This document shows, piece by piece, positions 12,718 to 27,556 of a DNA stretch of 64,000 nt. The first letter of the stretch is position 1; each line of letters starts with the position of its first letter. Made by a program: the position numbers and the translations under genes. Source of the DNA: Rotaria socialis (Eukaryota). The DNA is taken from NCBI GenBank assembly GCA_905331295.1, contig CAJNYD010000001.1, positions 1 to 64,000 of the forward strand, given 5' to 3'. Below the pieces are notes generated by a model that was given only the letters and a program-made list of their open reading frames with translations, searched no databases and was not told the DNA's origin.

Positions 12718-15007
12718 CACTTTTCTTTCTTTCTTTTTTTGTAACTAGTTTTTGTTATAATCAAACGATCGTTTTTCTTTTTCTTTTTTTTCTCTCCGTC
12801 TGTTGCTTCTGTTTTATACTTCAACAGTTATTCTTGTTCGTTTGCTATTCGTTTAACCGATGATTACATTCTGTTAAACATGATGTTTAATACAACAAAG
12901 GAGAAAAAAAACTGAAAAAAAAGAACGTAGAAGTGCAGAGAAGAAAAGTAACTTAAATTGAAGTGCAATATATATATGAATATATAAATGTGCATACATA
13001 AGTTAGATTTGTTTAAACAACGATGATGTCATTCAGGTTGTTTTTAGTTTTTTGAAGAATATTTTTTAGCATATAATTAATGCATAAAAAGAGATCTTAT
13101 ATTTTCATACTACTTAAACACACAAATACATTAGTAAAAGAAAACAAATAATTTTATCGATTTACTTAAATCAAAAAAAAAATTTTATATGACTTTCAAA
13201 TCACTTCGAACGACAAATAATTTGTTTCGATGTAAACGATTTTTCTATCAAGAAAAGTAATATTTAAATTATTAAAAATTGCTAATGAGAAAATTTTAAT
13301 TTTAAATTCATATAATCCAACGAATATGTTTATTCGTTTGAACTCAATCAAAATAAACACGGAGAGAAAAATTCAAATCTTGTGTTTCGATCAAGAAAGT
13401 TTTTTTCTGGAAGGAAAATAATTTTCTTTTGTTTTTATTTGATTTATTCATTTTATTTTAGCAACAATCTTACTTCGAGTTATTTCCTTATGGCAGCATT
13501 TATTATGTTACATTTTAATTAAGAAACTTTGAGTTTAACTACTCTGAATAGAAATTTTAAAATCTTTAAGTAAAATCTCTTGTATAGATAATATACCGAT
13601 GTATTAATTCAATGAAATCAATTGATGAAAAGAGATCTTTTTATCTTTCTACTAAATTCATTTCTAGAATCAATTTCATGATGAAATTTGTCAAAAAACG
13701 AACGTTAGCAACGATTGATGCATAGCTAGATGATTTATCATTAAAAAAAAGGAAATCTTGATTATGATACTCGAAATGGAAATTCTATTGCTCTTATACT
13801 AATAGGTAGCAATCGAACGTTAATATTCATAAAAGAATTTTATGGTCAATTATTAAAGGAAATGCAGAAGACGAAAGGAAACTAAATAAAACGAAATCAA
13901 CATTTAGATCTTCGTAAGTTTATTTTTGAGATTTAACTTTTCAGTATTCAAAATCTCGAATATTTCGTTTTAGATATTTAAATTTATTGGAAAATCTGAC
14001 AGATTTTGTTTATTCATCTGACCAAGATCGACATGTAATTTCATTTCCATGAATAACAAAAGCTGAACGAATCAAAGAAAATCGGTCTTTTTCCGAAATT
14101 TGAAACGAACAATGAAACAATCCAATTAAAATGATTGTTTCTATCGAATGAATCAAGTAAATCAATATTATTAGCTAGTTGAAAATAATTTTTTTAGATT
14201 TAAGAAAAAAGTTCGATGAATCAAACATTTGATAGCTAATTATTTTATGGCAAATTCGAGTTTTAGATGATAAAAAACAGCTTATTCATCGTGTACTGAT
14301 GTTCAAAAATTATATTCTTGTGAAAAATGAATTTTTCTTGAAAGATTATAATATATTCATTGATAGAAAGTTTTTGCTTTGGCTTTGTTTTGTTTCGAGA
14401 TTTAAATGAAGATAGTAAAAAATTGAAAATGCTGAAATAAATGTCAAACGATCGGACTAATCTAAACAATCAATAGACAGTAAGAATTAATGTATAAGCA
14501 AATAATTCAAATAGCGATCATTTACATCAATTAATTCGTTTGTTCAAAGATAATTTAACCTCAACGTTTCTTTTTATTATTAGTTTTATTCTTAAAGTAA
14601 TCTATGAACATTTAGTGGGCTTGATTTTAATTTTAATTTAGTCTTTTATTACTTATAGTTTCCTTTGAAAGAATGATAAAAGTAAATTAGTCTTTGGCAT
14701 ACGTATCGTAAACGCGGCTCATCCAATTCTGGCGGTAGAATAATTAATAAGAATAGAAAATAACTAAAAAGCATAGAAAGCTAAATTTATTTTTCATCAA
14801 TTTGGTTTCTTTAATATTAGAGTAATTGATATTGATTTTGCAATGTAAAAGGAAACAAAAGAAAATTGATTGTTTGTCATACAATACATGTTATTCAGGG
14901 TTTATTTTATTTTAAAATCTACACTTGACCAATAAAAACAATTGATAAATGGAAAAAAGAAGAAACTATCAAGTTAATATTAAAATAAATGACTATCTAA
15001 TTTAAAT

Positions 15008-16816
15008 TTAAAAGAATAAAATTTGAATGGATCCGCACCGAGTTGATTTATAATCTTCTGTATTTATATGAAATTTAGTATTGATTCTAATATATTTTGT
15101 AATTAATCTTGATAAAATTCCTTCAAGATTTTGCTCATCGCGTTCAAAATAACAACCAATTTCAATTTTTTCCAATTGATTTAATTTTTTTTTAAATACT
15201 TCTTCTAAAATATCACATGCAGATATGGGACGATGTTTATGATGACAACGATTATCAATAAATGATCGAACTGGTGGTTCGTCATTAGTCTGAAGAGTTT
15301 TTAATATTAAATGGCGAATATTTGGAAAACCATTCAGAATATTTTCAAGAGAATGTCGTTGAAATTTATAAACATGTAATTCTGTTATTTGACTAATATA
15401 AATTAAATCTATTTTTTCTAATAAATGATTTAATAATGATTGATTCAAAATTAATTTATTTAAATTTGGTAAATGACGAATAAATGGAATTAAGTTTAAA
15501 GAAGAATGTTGAAAGATAATAGTCCGAATTGAATTAATTAAATAATGAGATTGACGATATAAAGATGTTGAACATAAATATTCTGTTGTTGATGATGAAA
15601 AACAAATTGATTCTAATGAAGGAAATGATTTTTGTATTAAAATTATGAAATTTTCTGTTATTGAACATGATAAATCAACATGTTTCACATAATTCATATT
15701 GAGCAAATTTTCATTTGATTCTATAAGAGAAAATAAATAATAAAAAAAATGTTAAGCCTAAAAAGGATGATAATTTACTTTGAAAATTAGTTTTAATCGA
15801 ATTAATAAAATATTCATTAAGACATTCGTGTAGATATTGAAATTTAAATGGTAATGTAAATAAAAAGTGCATATCAGTTAGTTGATTTGTATATGAAGCA
15901 AAATTCCACTTAAACGAATGAAATTGTTCCATGGATTTAATTTGATTTCCTCCATACGATTGAATAAAAATATCAAATTTATTTAATTTTGGTAAAAATT
16001 TCAAGAGATTATTTTCTAGACGATATCCATCAATTATTGTATTCATACATCCAATTATATAAAGACGTAGTTTTAATAAATTTGTTAAATTTTGAATTAA
16101 TAATTCAATAACTGAATAGTCTGTTACGAAATAAATCAGACCATGATTTGAATGAATTATATAGGAGAAATCTTTTAATTTATTTGAATAAGAAAATCCT
16201 TCTAGCGATGAACTATCACGACAACTACAAATTATTTAAATAAATAAAATTTTTTTATTTTCATTACGAAATAACTTAACCTGGTTACATCATAATCAAT
16301 AGTTGCATGAACTTTTTCAACAATAGGTAAACTATTTAATAGATCAATAAGATCCCAATGGTTTCTTAGATGTATTGTAACTTGTTGTAAATATTGACAA
16401 ATAATTAATGGTTTTTGCCATGTTAATGCATGATGTCGAACTTTTAATATTTGTAAATTTTTAATTATAAATTGATCGTTTAAATAAAGATGATAATCAT
16501 TTTCAAGTAAGAAATTTAATCGAGTAAGTTTATTATTTGATGAAAATGATAAAAATTTTAATTGATTGTTATTTAATTTTATTGAATATATTTCATTATT
16601 TAGTTGCTGTAGTGAACAATAATATTGAAATACGTGAGGATTTAATTTGGTTAAATCAATAGATTTGCATGTCAAACAAGAATAACTTTTTAAAAGAGAA
16701 TTGAATCGGAAATTTAGATTTGAAAATGAATAGAGAAGATCAATAGGATTTAAATAATCAAATATAGATAAATATAATTCATTTGGAAGACGATCAAATA
16801 CACTCCTCCAGGACAT
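15008..16816 (-). CDS. F-box/LRR-type protein, multi-exon
   Basis: N-terminal F-box FDRLPNELYLSIFDYLNPIDLLYSFSNLNFRFNSLL. Downstream IIDGYRLENNLLKFLPKL and HFLFTLPFKF motifs plus LRR-like segments, across three ORFs separated by short introns. Confidence 0.8.
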
Positions 16817-18748
16817 TTTTAATAAAAAAAATTCCTTTTCCCCCCTCTCTTCATCATCAATTCCATTTACCTATCCAACTCAAATCATTGTTGCTAAGCA
16901 GTAGCCATGTGCATGTGCATTTTGTTTACAGCAATCGGTAAAAAAAGTTCTGATTTTAGATTACAAAAATTCATTTTAAAGGAATAAAATTTGTTCTATC
17001 AAAAAATACTTTTTATTTGTTGCTTCGTAATTTATACCTATGATATATTGATACGAGTGAGCATATTATCTCTCCACGAAGATGATAGGGATAAGTGAGA
17101 TTTGTTGTTGAGTACCAGCATATTTCGATTATTCGAATGAGGTACTGCTATTTGTTGTCTATGATAGTAAACAATGCGAGCGTCTATTTTGTTACTGTTT
17201 GAAAAGTTATTTTCGTAAACTTACAACTAAATATTTTACTTGAATGATTACCTATTCACATCATAGTACTGAATGAAATAGTACGTAATTTTATTGATTT
17301 TAAAATTTTGTTACTTGTCATAATAATTTCATCGGAATAATAGACCATTTTCATATATTTTTAAAAAATGTGCTGTGAAAATCATTGGTTCCAAGATGAT
17401 TTCGTTCTATATTTTATCAGACAAAACGACATTACTCCATGTCTTCTCTCTTTCTCTCTCTATCGATTTCTGAAAACCGCATGTCAATGACTCTTTGTAT
17501 TCTTAACTTATTCAATTTTTATCCGACTATCTTTTTGTTCAGCACCAACATTAGTAAAATAGAAATAGTTTTTGCAAATCAGACAGAAGCTATAAAAAAA
17601 AATCGACATTAATATATATTTTAATATCTATTGTTGGATGTATTACTCATTTTATGATGAATAGTCTCTTTTGAGCTATTATTATCAATTATTAAATGTT
17701 TAATTAGAATTTATTTTGTCAATTTAGAAGAAGAATGTTTTTTAAATATAAATTCAATTTTTGCGACACGATTCTCGATCAATAATGTATTTTAATGAAA
17801 TCGATTAAACAAAAACCAATCAGAAATATCAATAAACAATTTTCAATTCAACAATAATTCAAGTGATAGATGAGAGAAAAAAATACAAGTAAATGAAAAT
17901 AATTCAATTGATCAAATTCAATGATCAATAAGTCAAATTTATTGAGAATTGCTTAGAAAATTATACTTAACTTCTGAAAATGTCATTTTATCGTTACCTA
18001 TATTATTATTTTACAGTTTATTTTCGACTTTTAATTTTTAATTCTTTTCAAATGATGATCTGAATTAAGATGATGCAATTTTATTTATTGAAGTGACTAC
18101 GTTTGCATTCAAATAACTCTGATCAACTGATTGGTGACTATGAAGTTGTACTAACTATTTCTATGTAATAAATTCAGGACTTAGACTCAGAGAAGAATGA
18201 TCGTCTACCAGTAAATAAAAGAGTAAAAATATAATCAAATTTAATTGTCTGATTTATTGAAAAATAATTGTTGTGCATAAAAATAAAACACATGTATAAA
18301 AGCAACAAACATATTTACCAGCATCAGTCTATACCACGATTGAAGAACTTAATAAAATAATCAGCAACTACATTTCTACTTTTAACCTCTATGATAAATT
18401 CTTTAAAACATATGCCCGAAATATCTTGAATGCGTAATAAAATCAAATGTCATAATCTATCTTTTTACTATTAGATGAATATTTTGCCATTGCTAAAATT
18501 TTTCCTATGTCGAGCCGATTCCAATGCTGAAATATCGAACATTTCAATAAAATTATCACCGTTAATAAATTGTTCATAATTTTTCAAAAGTTCACTTTCA
18601 ATCTTTTATCTATTGCCTATTATTGTTGTCAACCATGAAATCACTTTTTTTCTTAGTTATGAATCAAATTATCCCTTGATTTTTCCATGTTGATTATAAA
18701 TGTTAGTGTACGATGATTTCGTTGGCTTGAAAAGAAAGGCAGATTTAC

Positions 18749-19500
18749 TGGGCTGGGATTCGATCTATATTTCCTCTATTTTCAAAAAGGTCCTATTTTT
18801 GTCCTATATTTTAATGAAAATTCCTATTTTTCCTATATTTTATCGAAGAAAGTAGAAAATTTCCAAAAACCTCTTAATTTTGCTATTGCCTTTAGACGAA
18901 AAAAAACTTCTAATGTGTATAATCATGTGTTTTGGACAAATTCTTGTATTACAGTGACATTTGTTTTAAATAGTATTTTTCCTTTCGCCTATTTAGTGGA
19001 CTGATAGAGAAATTGTTTAATACTAAGTACAAAATACAAAATAGTTCAAAAGAAAAAAACATTCACAAAATGATCATGTACTAGTTTCGGGTTTTTAGTG
19101 AAGTTTTAGTTAGATATAAAAGTTGTATATATATATACCCCTGGAAAAAATAAGTTTCACTCTGTATTTTGAGGATACTGTTACCAAAAGAACATCTTTT
19201 TTTTAAAGTAACGACATCTTCTGATTTTTCATGTATTTTTTTTCAAAGCTTATGATCTACTTTGTTGTTATTATCGATTTGAGAAAACGTTTATAATGAT
19301 CCTCGAATTAGTGACTTATTTCAGTAGAAAAAATTGCATTAGGATCTTGGCTACGGTTGAACTATTTATAACAGCTTCATTAAAACGATTTTTAAGCAGA
19401 GCAGTTAAAAAACAGCAAAACAATTCAACAGAAACTATGTATAAAACATCCTATATTTTTGTCATTTTTTATCGAAAATCCTATATTTTTGGCAACCTTG
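18749..19500. mobile_element. Degenerate non-autonomous DNA transposon with TCCTATATTTT subterminal repeats
   Basis: Clusters of tcctat(a)tttt at 18790-18840 and 19449-19490. Right end ggcaaccttg resembles the GGCAACCCTG end of the 2173-2522 MITE. Left end is degraded (ctgggctggg). Confidence 0.5.
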
Positions 19501-19859
19501 ATCCTCTAAGAATTTCTGTATGTTTAAAAAAGTGCAATCTGAGGCTAGGATTTATATCATCATTCGTTCATACTGAATAGAGAGTCTGTAGACATTCAAA
19601 TCAATGCAAATTTATTTATTTATACAAGATTTAAATTAATTGAAATATGAAAAATAATCTTAATATTCAAGTTATATTTTATTTTGACTGTCAGCGATAC
19701 TGAAAAGACTTCTTATCTTGCTATGTCAAATTTATTTTAATGTCTTCGTGACAGAAACAGCGAGAAATTATATGTTGTTCTTTTTCTTTCTCGAGAAAAA
19801 AAGCGAATGAATTGTTTATGATGTTTTTTCATTCTTCACATATATTGTTATAGGTTGTG

Positions 19860-20830
19860 ATGGCAGCAAATATTCATGGCAGTTGTATTAAGTGTGGTAA
19901 AACTGGTGGAGTACTTTTTTGTAATGGTTGTCAACAAACTTTATGTTTTAAACATGTTAGTGAACATCGAGATGAAATTGAAAAACAATTAGAAGATTTA
20001 ATCAGTCAAGAAACTCAATTTGAGAATAATCTTAATCAAAGAGATGATTCACATGATTTATTTAATGATATTGACAAATGGAAAAAAGAAATGATTGAAC
20101 AAATAAAACAAATAGCTAAACAAGCTAAAGAAGATCTTAGACAACTAATTAATCAGTCTAATGAAAAATTATTTAAAAAGTGCGAAGAACTTAAAGAAAA
20201 TCTTCGTTTATTAAAAGAATCAGAAGATTTATCAGAAATAGAATTAAAAAAATTCTCAAACGAATTAAATCATTTAAATAAAGAAATAAATGCATTTCAG
20301 TTAATAAAATCATCGAATACAATGTCTATAAAAATTGAACAACAACAAACTAATGAAATTTCGTTCCCAAAATCACCATCAAACGATAACATTTTACCTT
20401 CTGTAGAACAAAGTCATTCAAAAGAACAAGGTAAAAGTATTTTAAAATAGTTTTATTTTAAATATAAGTTTAAAAAAATAAAGGTTCAATATTAATACGT
20501 GAAATTGATCCGTATGGACATTTTATAATAATTGAGTATAATGGTTTAATAACGGATAAAGAACAAGATATGGTCGGATGGACATTGAAGCGTTCAATCG
20601 ATTCCTATACAGATATTATTTATCGATTTCCAAATGATTTCACTCTCAAACCAAAATCATTCATTAAAATTCTTTCAAAACATGCAAGTAAAACACGTTA
20701 TTCATATGAAAAAAAAAATATTTTAATTGCTGATTCTGTACCGACATGGGGAACTGGAATTAAAATAATTATTAATCGTCTTATTGATGCAAATGGGGAT
20801 GAAAGAGATGTTTTTACACAAACATTTTAA
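19860..20830 (+). CDS. B-box-like zinc finger + coiled coil + C-terminal lamin-tail domain (LTD) protein
   Basis: CIKC..CNGC..CFKHVSEH finger followed by heptads. Intron 20431-20483. Exon 2 reads GSILIREIDPYGHFIIIE...MVGWTLKRSID...YRFPNDFTLKP...WGTG...LIDANGDE, the LTD pattern. Confidence 0.8.
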
Positions 20831-21852
20831 TTATCCTTCCTAAAAATAATTCTCAATTTGTTTTGTTATTACATATTTTTCAATAATTATTAAAAATATT
20901 TTCTTTTTCTCGACTTCATTTAAAAGAATAGAAATGTATTGATATATCTAAACTTTGCCTTATACAATTGAATATTAATAAATATTTATTGAAAAGACTT
21001 AGTAAGGAATTTACTATTTTGTTTGTGTTTCAATAAATCCTATATAGGTAGGAGATAAAAAAAAAGAAAGTTTTCATGGATTCGACAGAAAATAACATAA
21101 AATATTTAAAAAAATTATATTCAAACATTGAATAATAAATTTAGTTAAATCTTCTTGATTATATTTATTTATTTTTCAGAAGATAATTATTATTACAACT
21201 TTAATCTCAAAATGATCCACAATTAATCATAGGTTGATCTAAATTTGTCTTTCATCGATTGTTGAACATATTGATCATCATTGAAATGAATCATTCCTTT
21301 ATTTTTACGTTACGATGAATTTCAAATTTTTTATTTATATCTTTTAAAACAAATGAAATTATTTAAAAACTATCCAAGAAGTAACAAATATACATCCAAT
21401 ATATAAGAAAATCATCTCTTCGCTTCATTGATGAAGTATTATAGTCTGATGAACCTACTAAATGAAGATGATTTAAACTATTAGATTAAAAAAGTTGAAG
21501 CAAATATTTCGATCTTATTGTGATTATTTTTCATCTGAGAGGAAAAAACTATTATTCAAAATGATATAAATTGATAATTTTACAATAGAATAAAGAGATA
21601 TTTTCTTCTGATAACAAATACAAAATGTCTTTTATTCGAAATTTAAAATTAAATATTTTCAAGTCGAAAGATTTAGTCAGTAAAGTTCTTTTCATATTAT
21701 CATTGACATGTACAGAACAGTCGTCGTTTCAAAATGAATTTTTTTGATCAATAATCATTTTGAGACAATTTTGTCTTTATTGTTTATCTAAGATAACAGA
21801 CAAGCAAAACATTAAAATAAACAACTATTTATACATAAAAGTTTTTTTCTTA

Positions 21853-22344
21853 TTATAATTGAAGTGATTTGACAATTTGCTGTATTTTATTTTGTATGTC
21901 TTGATCATTAGGATTTTGACGTAAAAATAAAAAAAAATCTTTGTTAATTTCTTGATGAAATAATTCTTTAAATTGTTGTTGAATTTGATCTATTTGATTT
22001 TTTAAAAAGTAATTTTTTTGAGAAATTTCTTCAATATCTAAACGCATCTTTTGATTATCTAAACGAATTTGTTCTTGTTGTGCATCTTTTAATTTAAAGC
22101 TTTCAGATAATTGATTATAAGTTAATTTAAGTGAACGTATTTCACTTTTTTGTTTACGAAATAAATCAAGAAATGCATCTGTAAATATTGGAACTTGATT
22201 TTTTTCATTGACTTTTTCATTTGAACATCGCTTAGGAGAACGTTTAGCAGGTTTTTTTCGTGTTTTTTCATCATCATGTGATAATTGACGTTTTGATTGT
22301 CTTGATACAACTGAACATGGATTTATATCGATATTTTCTTCCAT
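21853..22344 (-). CDS. Coiled-coil protein resembling the HMG20A/B C-terminal region
   Basis: Basic NLS-like RKKPAKRSPKR, then VPIFTDAFLD...EIRSLK (cf. HMG20 IPIFTEEFLD...ELRQLRK) and a coiled coil. Confidence 0.6.
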   Translation of the reverse strand: MEENIDINPCSVVSRQSKRQLSHDDEKTRKKPAKRSPKRCSNEKVNEKNQVPIFTDAFLDLFRKQKSEIRSLKLTYNQLSESFKLKDAQQEQIRLDNQKMRLDIEEISQKNYFLKNQIDQIQQQFKELFHQEINKDFFLFLRQNPNDQDIQNKIQQIVKSLQL

Positions 22345-22559
22345 TAACAGTATTCTGATTAGAATTTTTTCGTTCAGTTTTTTGGTTTGATTTGGCGTAT
22401 GAAATGAATTAAGTAATAAATATGTTAATGTAAAAATGTAAAAAAGAAAACAGATTTTTAATTGGTTGAAATATTCTCAATCACAATAATAAAGATTTTT
22501 CAATGAAAAAATACCATCATTGCGAGACATCTACAATAACAAGTCAAATATTTTCTTTA

Positions 22560-23270
22560 GCAATATATTATCTCACTTTCAATTAACTTCATTTTATCTT
22601 CAATATTAAACACTAATTCGATAATGATAATAATGCAGAACGTAAACTGATCGTTTTCTGAGGTGTCAATGTTCACTCGTCAATAAATTCAACGAGCCGA
22701 TCATCAAGTCAACTATAAACATCATTAGAATCAGTTACGGTAATGCTATTATTCAGTCAGTTTTGAGCAGCCACACAATATTAGTGATAAAAACTATAAC
22801 GAATAAAATAGAATGAACAATCATTGATAGGTGATAGTATAATAGTGAAGTGCTTAGGTATAAAAAACACAAAAAGATAATTCCATAAATATTCTTGGTA
22901 TACTCTATTTGTGTTATTTCCATGTTGTTTTCATTAATAATAAGAATGAGTTTCGTCGTTTGTTGTTTAAAAATATACTCAAAGAGAGAATCATATAAAT
23001 AAAATACATAGCGTATTGTTAAATGTGAGTAGCATCTCAATATCTTCTATACAAATCCATGAAATGTTCAGTAAGAATAAGACAATTATCAGCAAGAAGA
23101 ATATGTTTCATAGAAAAGGATTCAAGAAAGAAATTTAACATTTTTATGAATTCTTGACAAAATATCAATACAAAATTAATGATATTAGTAAAGATTTGCT
23201 CTTGTACTATAAAACCAATAAAGTAGACATCGGCGATCACATGAAGACTTTGTAAAATAAACTTCAATGA
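22560..23270 (-). pseudogene. Probable decayed F-box/LRR-type gene relic
   Basis: Broken short ORFs with fragments resembling this family (e.g. LESFSMKHILLA, YTKNIYGIIF); many stops. Confidence 0.3.
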
Positions 23271-24353
23271 AAATCTCTATTATAGTCTGAAATTTTCACA
23301 AGATTCCGAATAAAATACTTATAAAATAATTCTGAATTCCAGAAATTCTACCTAATCTCATTGAAAATCTTCTTAGCAGTATATCTTATATTGTTTACAT
23401 ACTAGAATATATAATGTATATCGCTTCAGAGTCATATAACAAATAAATCTTGTTGGTTTTTTTAATTTTCATATTTACTAATTCATAATTAGAAGTTTTT
23501 CCTTTATTGATCAATTCTCATCAGCCTTTTTTTTATCAAGAAAGCCGAAAAAATTTTTATAATTAATCTATAATAGAAAATTAATTTCCATTGATAAGAA
23601 ATCGTGATTTATTTTATTGTTTTTTCTGTTTTTGTATTTTGGCTTCATCTTACGTGACGTATACATGTTAGTTTAAATAATATTTGATAGATTTTAAAAT
23701 TGATCAAGCAATTTAACATTGTGTTGGTCGATAAAAGAACTGTATATCAATTTTTCAAGAGTGATGTCTAAACTCACGTTCGTATCGAGCTAAAATTTCG
23801 TTTGTCATTCTTTGGAAGTTTTAACTAGCTCTGAATTTTTTCTTTCTAATGGAATGTAAGAGCGTCTAGTGACTTATCGTAGAATGCAAGAAAAATCATG
23901 TCGAAATACTTGCATGTGTTCGAAAAAATAGCCATTACAGACAATTATAGTCGTTCGTATTTCTGAGAAATGAAAGCCTATGCAAAGATAATTATAGAAT
24001 TCTATTTGTAACTTCTGCAACTAAACTATCAATCAATTTTTGGTTTTGATTATTATTTACGTATATATTAAAAAAATTAAAAAAGAAAGATTCAATGAAT
24101 TCACTTCATTATTTAAATAGAAAAAACAAGTTGAATTTTTATCGAAAATTGTATTAGATCTTATGTTGTATAAGAATATTTGCAGTAAATAAATTAAAAA
24201 ATTTATGTTTAAAGCAAACAAATGAATATTATTTTGAATATATATTTAAGATCGAACTTTTTTTTATTGAATAAAGAAAAATGAAAGAAGTTTTTAATTT
24301 TATCTGATATTATCTATTGAAGACAATTGAGCATAATATCTGATGAGCAGAAA

Positions 24354-26176
24354 TTAATTTTTATCTTCTCCATTATTTTTTAAATATGCTTCCATTTGTT
24401 GTTCTTCTTCATTTATACTTGAATCATATTTATTATCTTTTATCTTTGCAGAATTTTCAGAAGATTTTAATTTTCGTTGATGAATTGAACTAATAATTGA
24501 TGCAATAATAAAAAATACTATTGATATTACAACACAAATTATTAATAATTTTGGAAAATTCTCGGGATTACTATCCAAAAGAACACCTTTGAATGAAAAA
24601 TTTTTAAAATAATATATTTCTATTTCCTCATGAGAGCAAAAAACCAAATGATTACCAGCAATTTTTTGAAATAACATTGCTCCAAAGGCTGCACCGCATA
24701 AAAGAAAACCGACAAGTAATGGATTTACATTTAATCGTTGATTTATAAATCCAAATGATAATGGAAATGTTGGAGAAAAAACAAGACCAGTAAATGCACC
24801 AAGAACAAAAAGACTTGTAGATGTTAATCCAATCGATACATTTATATACCATGTTATTGCTAAAGTTAATCCACAAACCCATAAACCACTTAAAGCTACA
24901 TGAACTGGAACAAATATTGTTATTATTGCACATATTAAACGACCGATCTAAAATAATATTTCAATGAAAAACAAAATACTTATTTCTTTATTTAATTGTT
25001 AAAAATAAAATAAAATACAAACCGAATATGAAAGCCAATAGATAATCATTCCCCAAGTAGCACCTTTTGTTGAAATAGAAAGATTAGATGATTTCAGATA
25101 GACAAAAAAAAATTTTCCAAATGTTTGATCATTTCCACTAAGAAAAAACATATAAAAAATCCAACAAATTGACATAGATAAACCATAACCGAAATAACCA
25201 TTTCCACATGACCTGGGAGAATATTGTGATGTATTTTTAAGTTCAACTTCTTGTTTTCCATTAGCGACTGATGTTGATACAGATGCATAATTTATTTGAT
25301 GATGTTTTAAAGCATCACGTCGAATTCTATGTTCTCGTATTGAAAATAGTAAATGCCCAATAGCTATTATTAAACAAAGAATTGATGTTATCGAATATGG
25401 AACTAGAATGTTTGATTTTTCTTCTTTAATTAGATTTGTTGAATTATTATTTAATAAACTATCAAATTTTGTATCTTCAACAAGAAATGGTTGAACAAAT
25501 AAATTTGCAAAAACAGCACCAAAACCATAACCTAAATGAACAACATTAAGTGGAGCAGCAACATTGTTACCCCACATTGTTAACATCAAATTTGTTCCAC
25601 CTAAAATTATATTCAATAGATTAAATTTAAAATTAAAATCAATGAAGATTTTTATTGAAATAAAATACAAACCAAGATCAGTTACTCCTTGAGAGATTCC
25701 TTGAAAGAAAAATATTGTTGCAAGTAGACGTAAACTATGAATGACAGGTGTTGCAAACATAGCTAAAACAAAAGCACAGAGATTAAATCCTATTTATAAA
25801 TTAAAACTTACTTATAGCTGCAATTAAAAATGCAAATGATAATAAACCTTCAGGATGTTTTTTGACTATATTCTGTGTTATTCCTCCAGCGATATTTGCA
25901 ACCATGTAACCAGCACCACGTGTTATTAGTATTGTACTTATTCCATTATACGTAACATTAGTTTGTTTAGAAAGAACATTTATTGTTGGACCAATTAATT
26001 CCAAATGTGCACCCTATTGAAATTTTTATATTTATATTAAATATTTTTTTTATATATTTATTAAAAATAAAACAAACCAGAACAATCCATGTAAATACTA
26101 GGAATAATGTTTTTATTAATTCCCATGGATGAGATGTGTACATTTTAATACCTTTTTCATTTATTTTACTAGTCAT
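24354..26176 (-). CDS. Major facilitator superfamily transporter, MFSD4/NaGLT1-like, about 6 exons
   Basis: ELIGPTINVLS, FFQGISQGVTDLG|GTNLMLTMWG, LNVVHLGYGFGAV, DQTFGKFFFVY, IGRL, FSPTFP motifs; many TM segments; short GT-AG introns. Confidence 0.9.
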
Positions 26177-27556
26177 TTATATTTATATCTAAATATGAAA
26201 AAATAAAGCTCATTTATCGATTTAATAAATTCTATTCTTTTTCTTCTTCTTGTTTTCTTTAAATAAATACTTAATACTGATTATATATTCAGAAGAACAA
26301 AAATATCACGAAACGCTGTTACCAAGATGATGATATAACGAAGAAATGATGCTGAAAACAAAATAAACAAAGATAACAATAAACGAAATGAATATTCTCT
26401 ATCAGTAGCTATATGTTAGTTTCTTCGTCATGCGTTATTCCGAGAAAGAGATATGTACAAACGTCTTACTTTTCTCTAACATTCATCGTATCTTCAGTAG
26501 AATAACTAATGAAAATAACGAAGACAGAATAGAAGTACGTGTAACCACGATGCAACACGTGGTCGTTACATAAACTGAGCTATATACTTTGCGTCTGTTT
26601 GTTTTATAAAGAAAAAAAACGCTATTCTGAAAATCAAGTCGCTTTTATTGCAGACGCTATCGTTGTGATACGAGCACGTACGTATGAAGCATTGAAGAAG
26701 AAGAAAAAGCAGCTTGCTCAAGTATATTTGTGTATGAAAAAGAAAAAAGACGAAAAAAAATGAAACTATTAAGTTATTATTTGTGTTACTTTTTTGTTTT
26801 TAATCAAGGCTATTTCTCAGAGAATTTCATCACGAGAACATACGAAATAGAAAAAATAATCATTCTTTTACTTAAAGTTATGTTTTTTCAATTGTAAATA
26901 AATTTGATTCTATATATTGTATTTTATTTATTAGATTAGTGACATACAAGTCTAGAACTAATCGAGTACCAACTGAGAAAAATAGAATCAACTATGCTTG
27001 AAATGGATCTATGATATTTATCATCATATATTAGAATTTTTGTTAATAAAAGGTTTTTTTTTATCAATGAATATAAAAATAACATAAAATAATTATTTTA
27101 TTTCTGTAAAATATTAATAAAACCAATATTAATTTATTTATTCATCTTAGCTATGAATAGAATAAAAAAAAGATAATAAATATATAGATAAAGAAGATTT
27201 TCATAAATTAAAAATATTAAATTGAATATATCCAGTCTAGAAGATATTTAGATTTTTATGAAAAAGAAAATACAATGATTATTTGATATCTTCTTTTCTT
27301 AATCATTCATTGAAAATATCTCTTTAATTAATTTTATTTTTAATGCATCTTATAGATATCGAATTATTAGAACTCATCCACAATATGGTCGATTTTATTC
27401 AATTTCAAAAATTATCATTTTTTTTTCTTTTATCTACTACAGTTTAATTTGATTATTATTATTATTATTATTATAGAATTGTTCAAATTTTAAAACAAAA
27501 TCAAGTTAAATTCAATAAATATTTTTGTTATCACCGCAGATCTTTTTCTGAATAGG

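Noticed and set aside
13450..14050. Exon-like stretch on the plus strand
   Set aside because: Multiple stops and no recognisable family; at best an unidentifiable relic.
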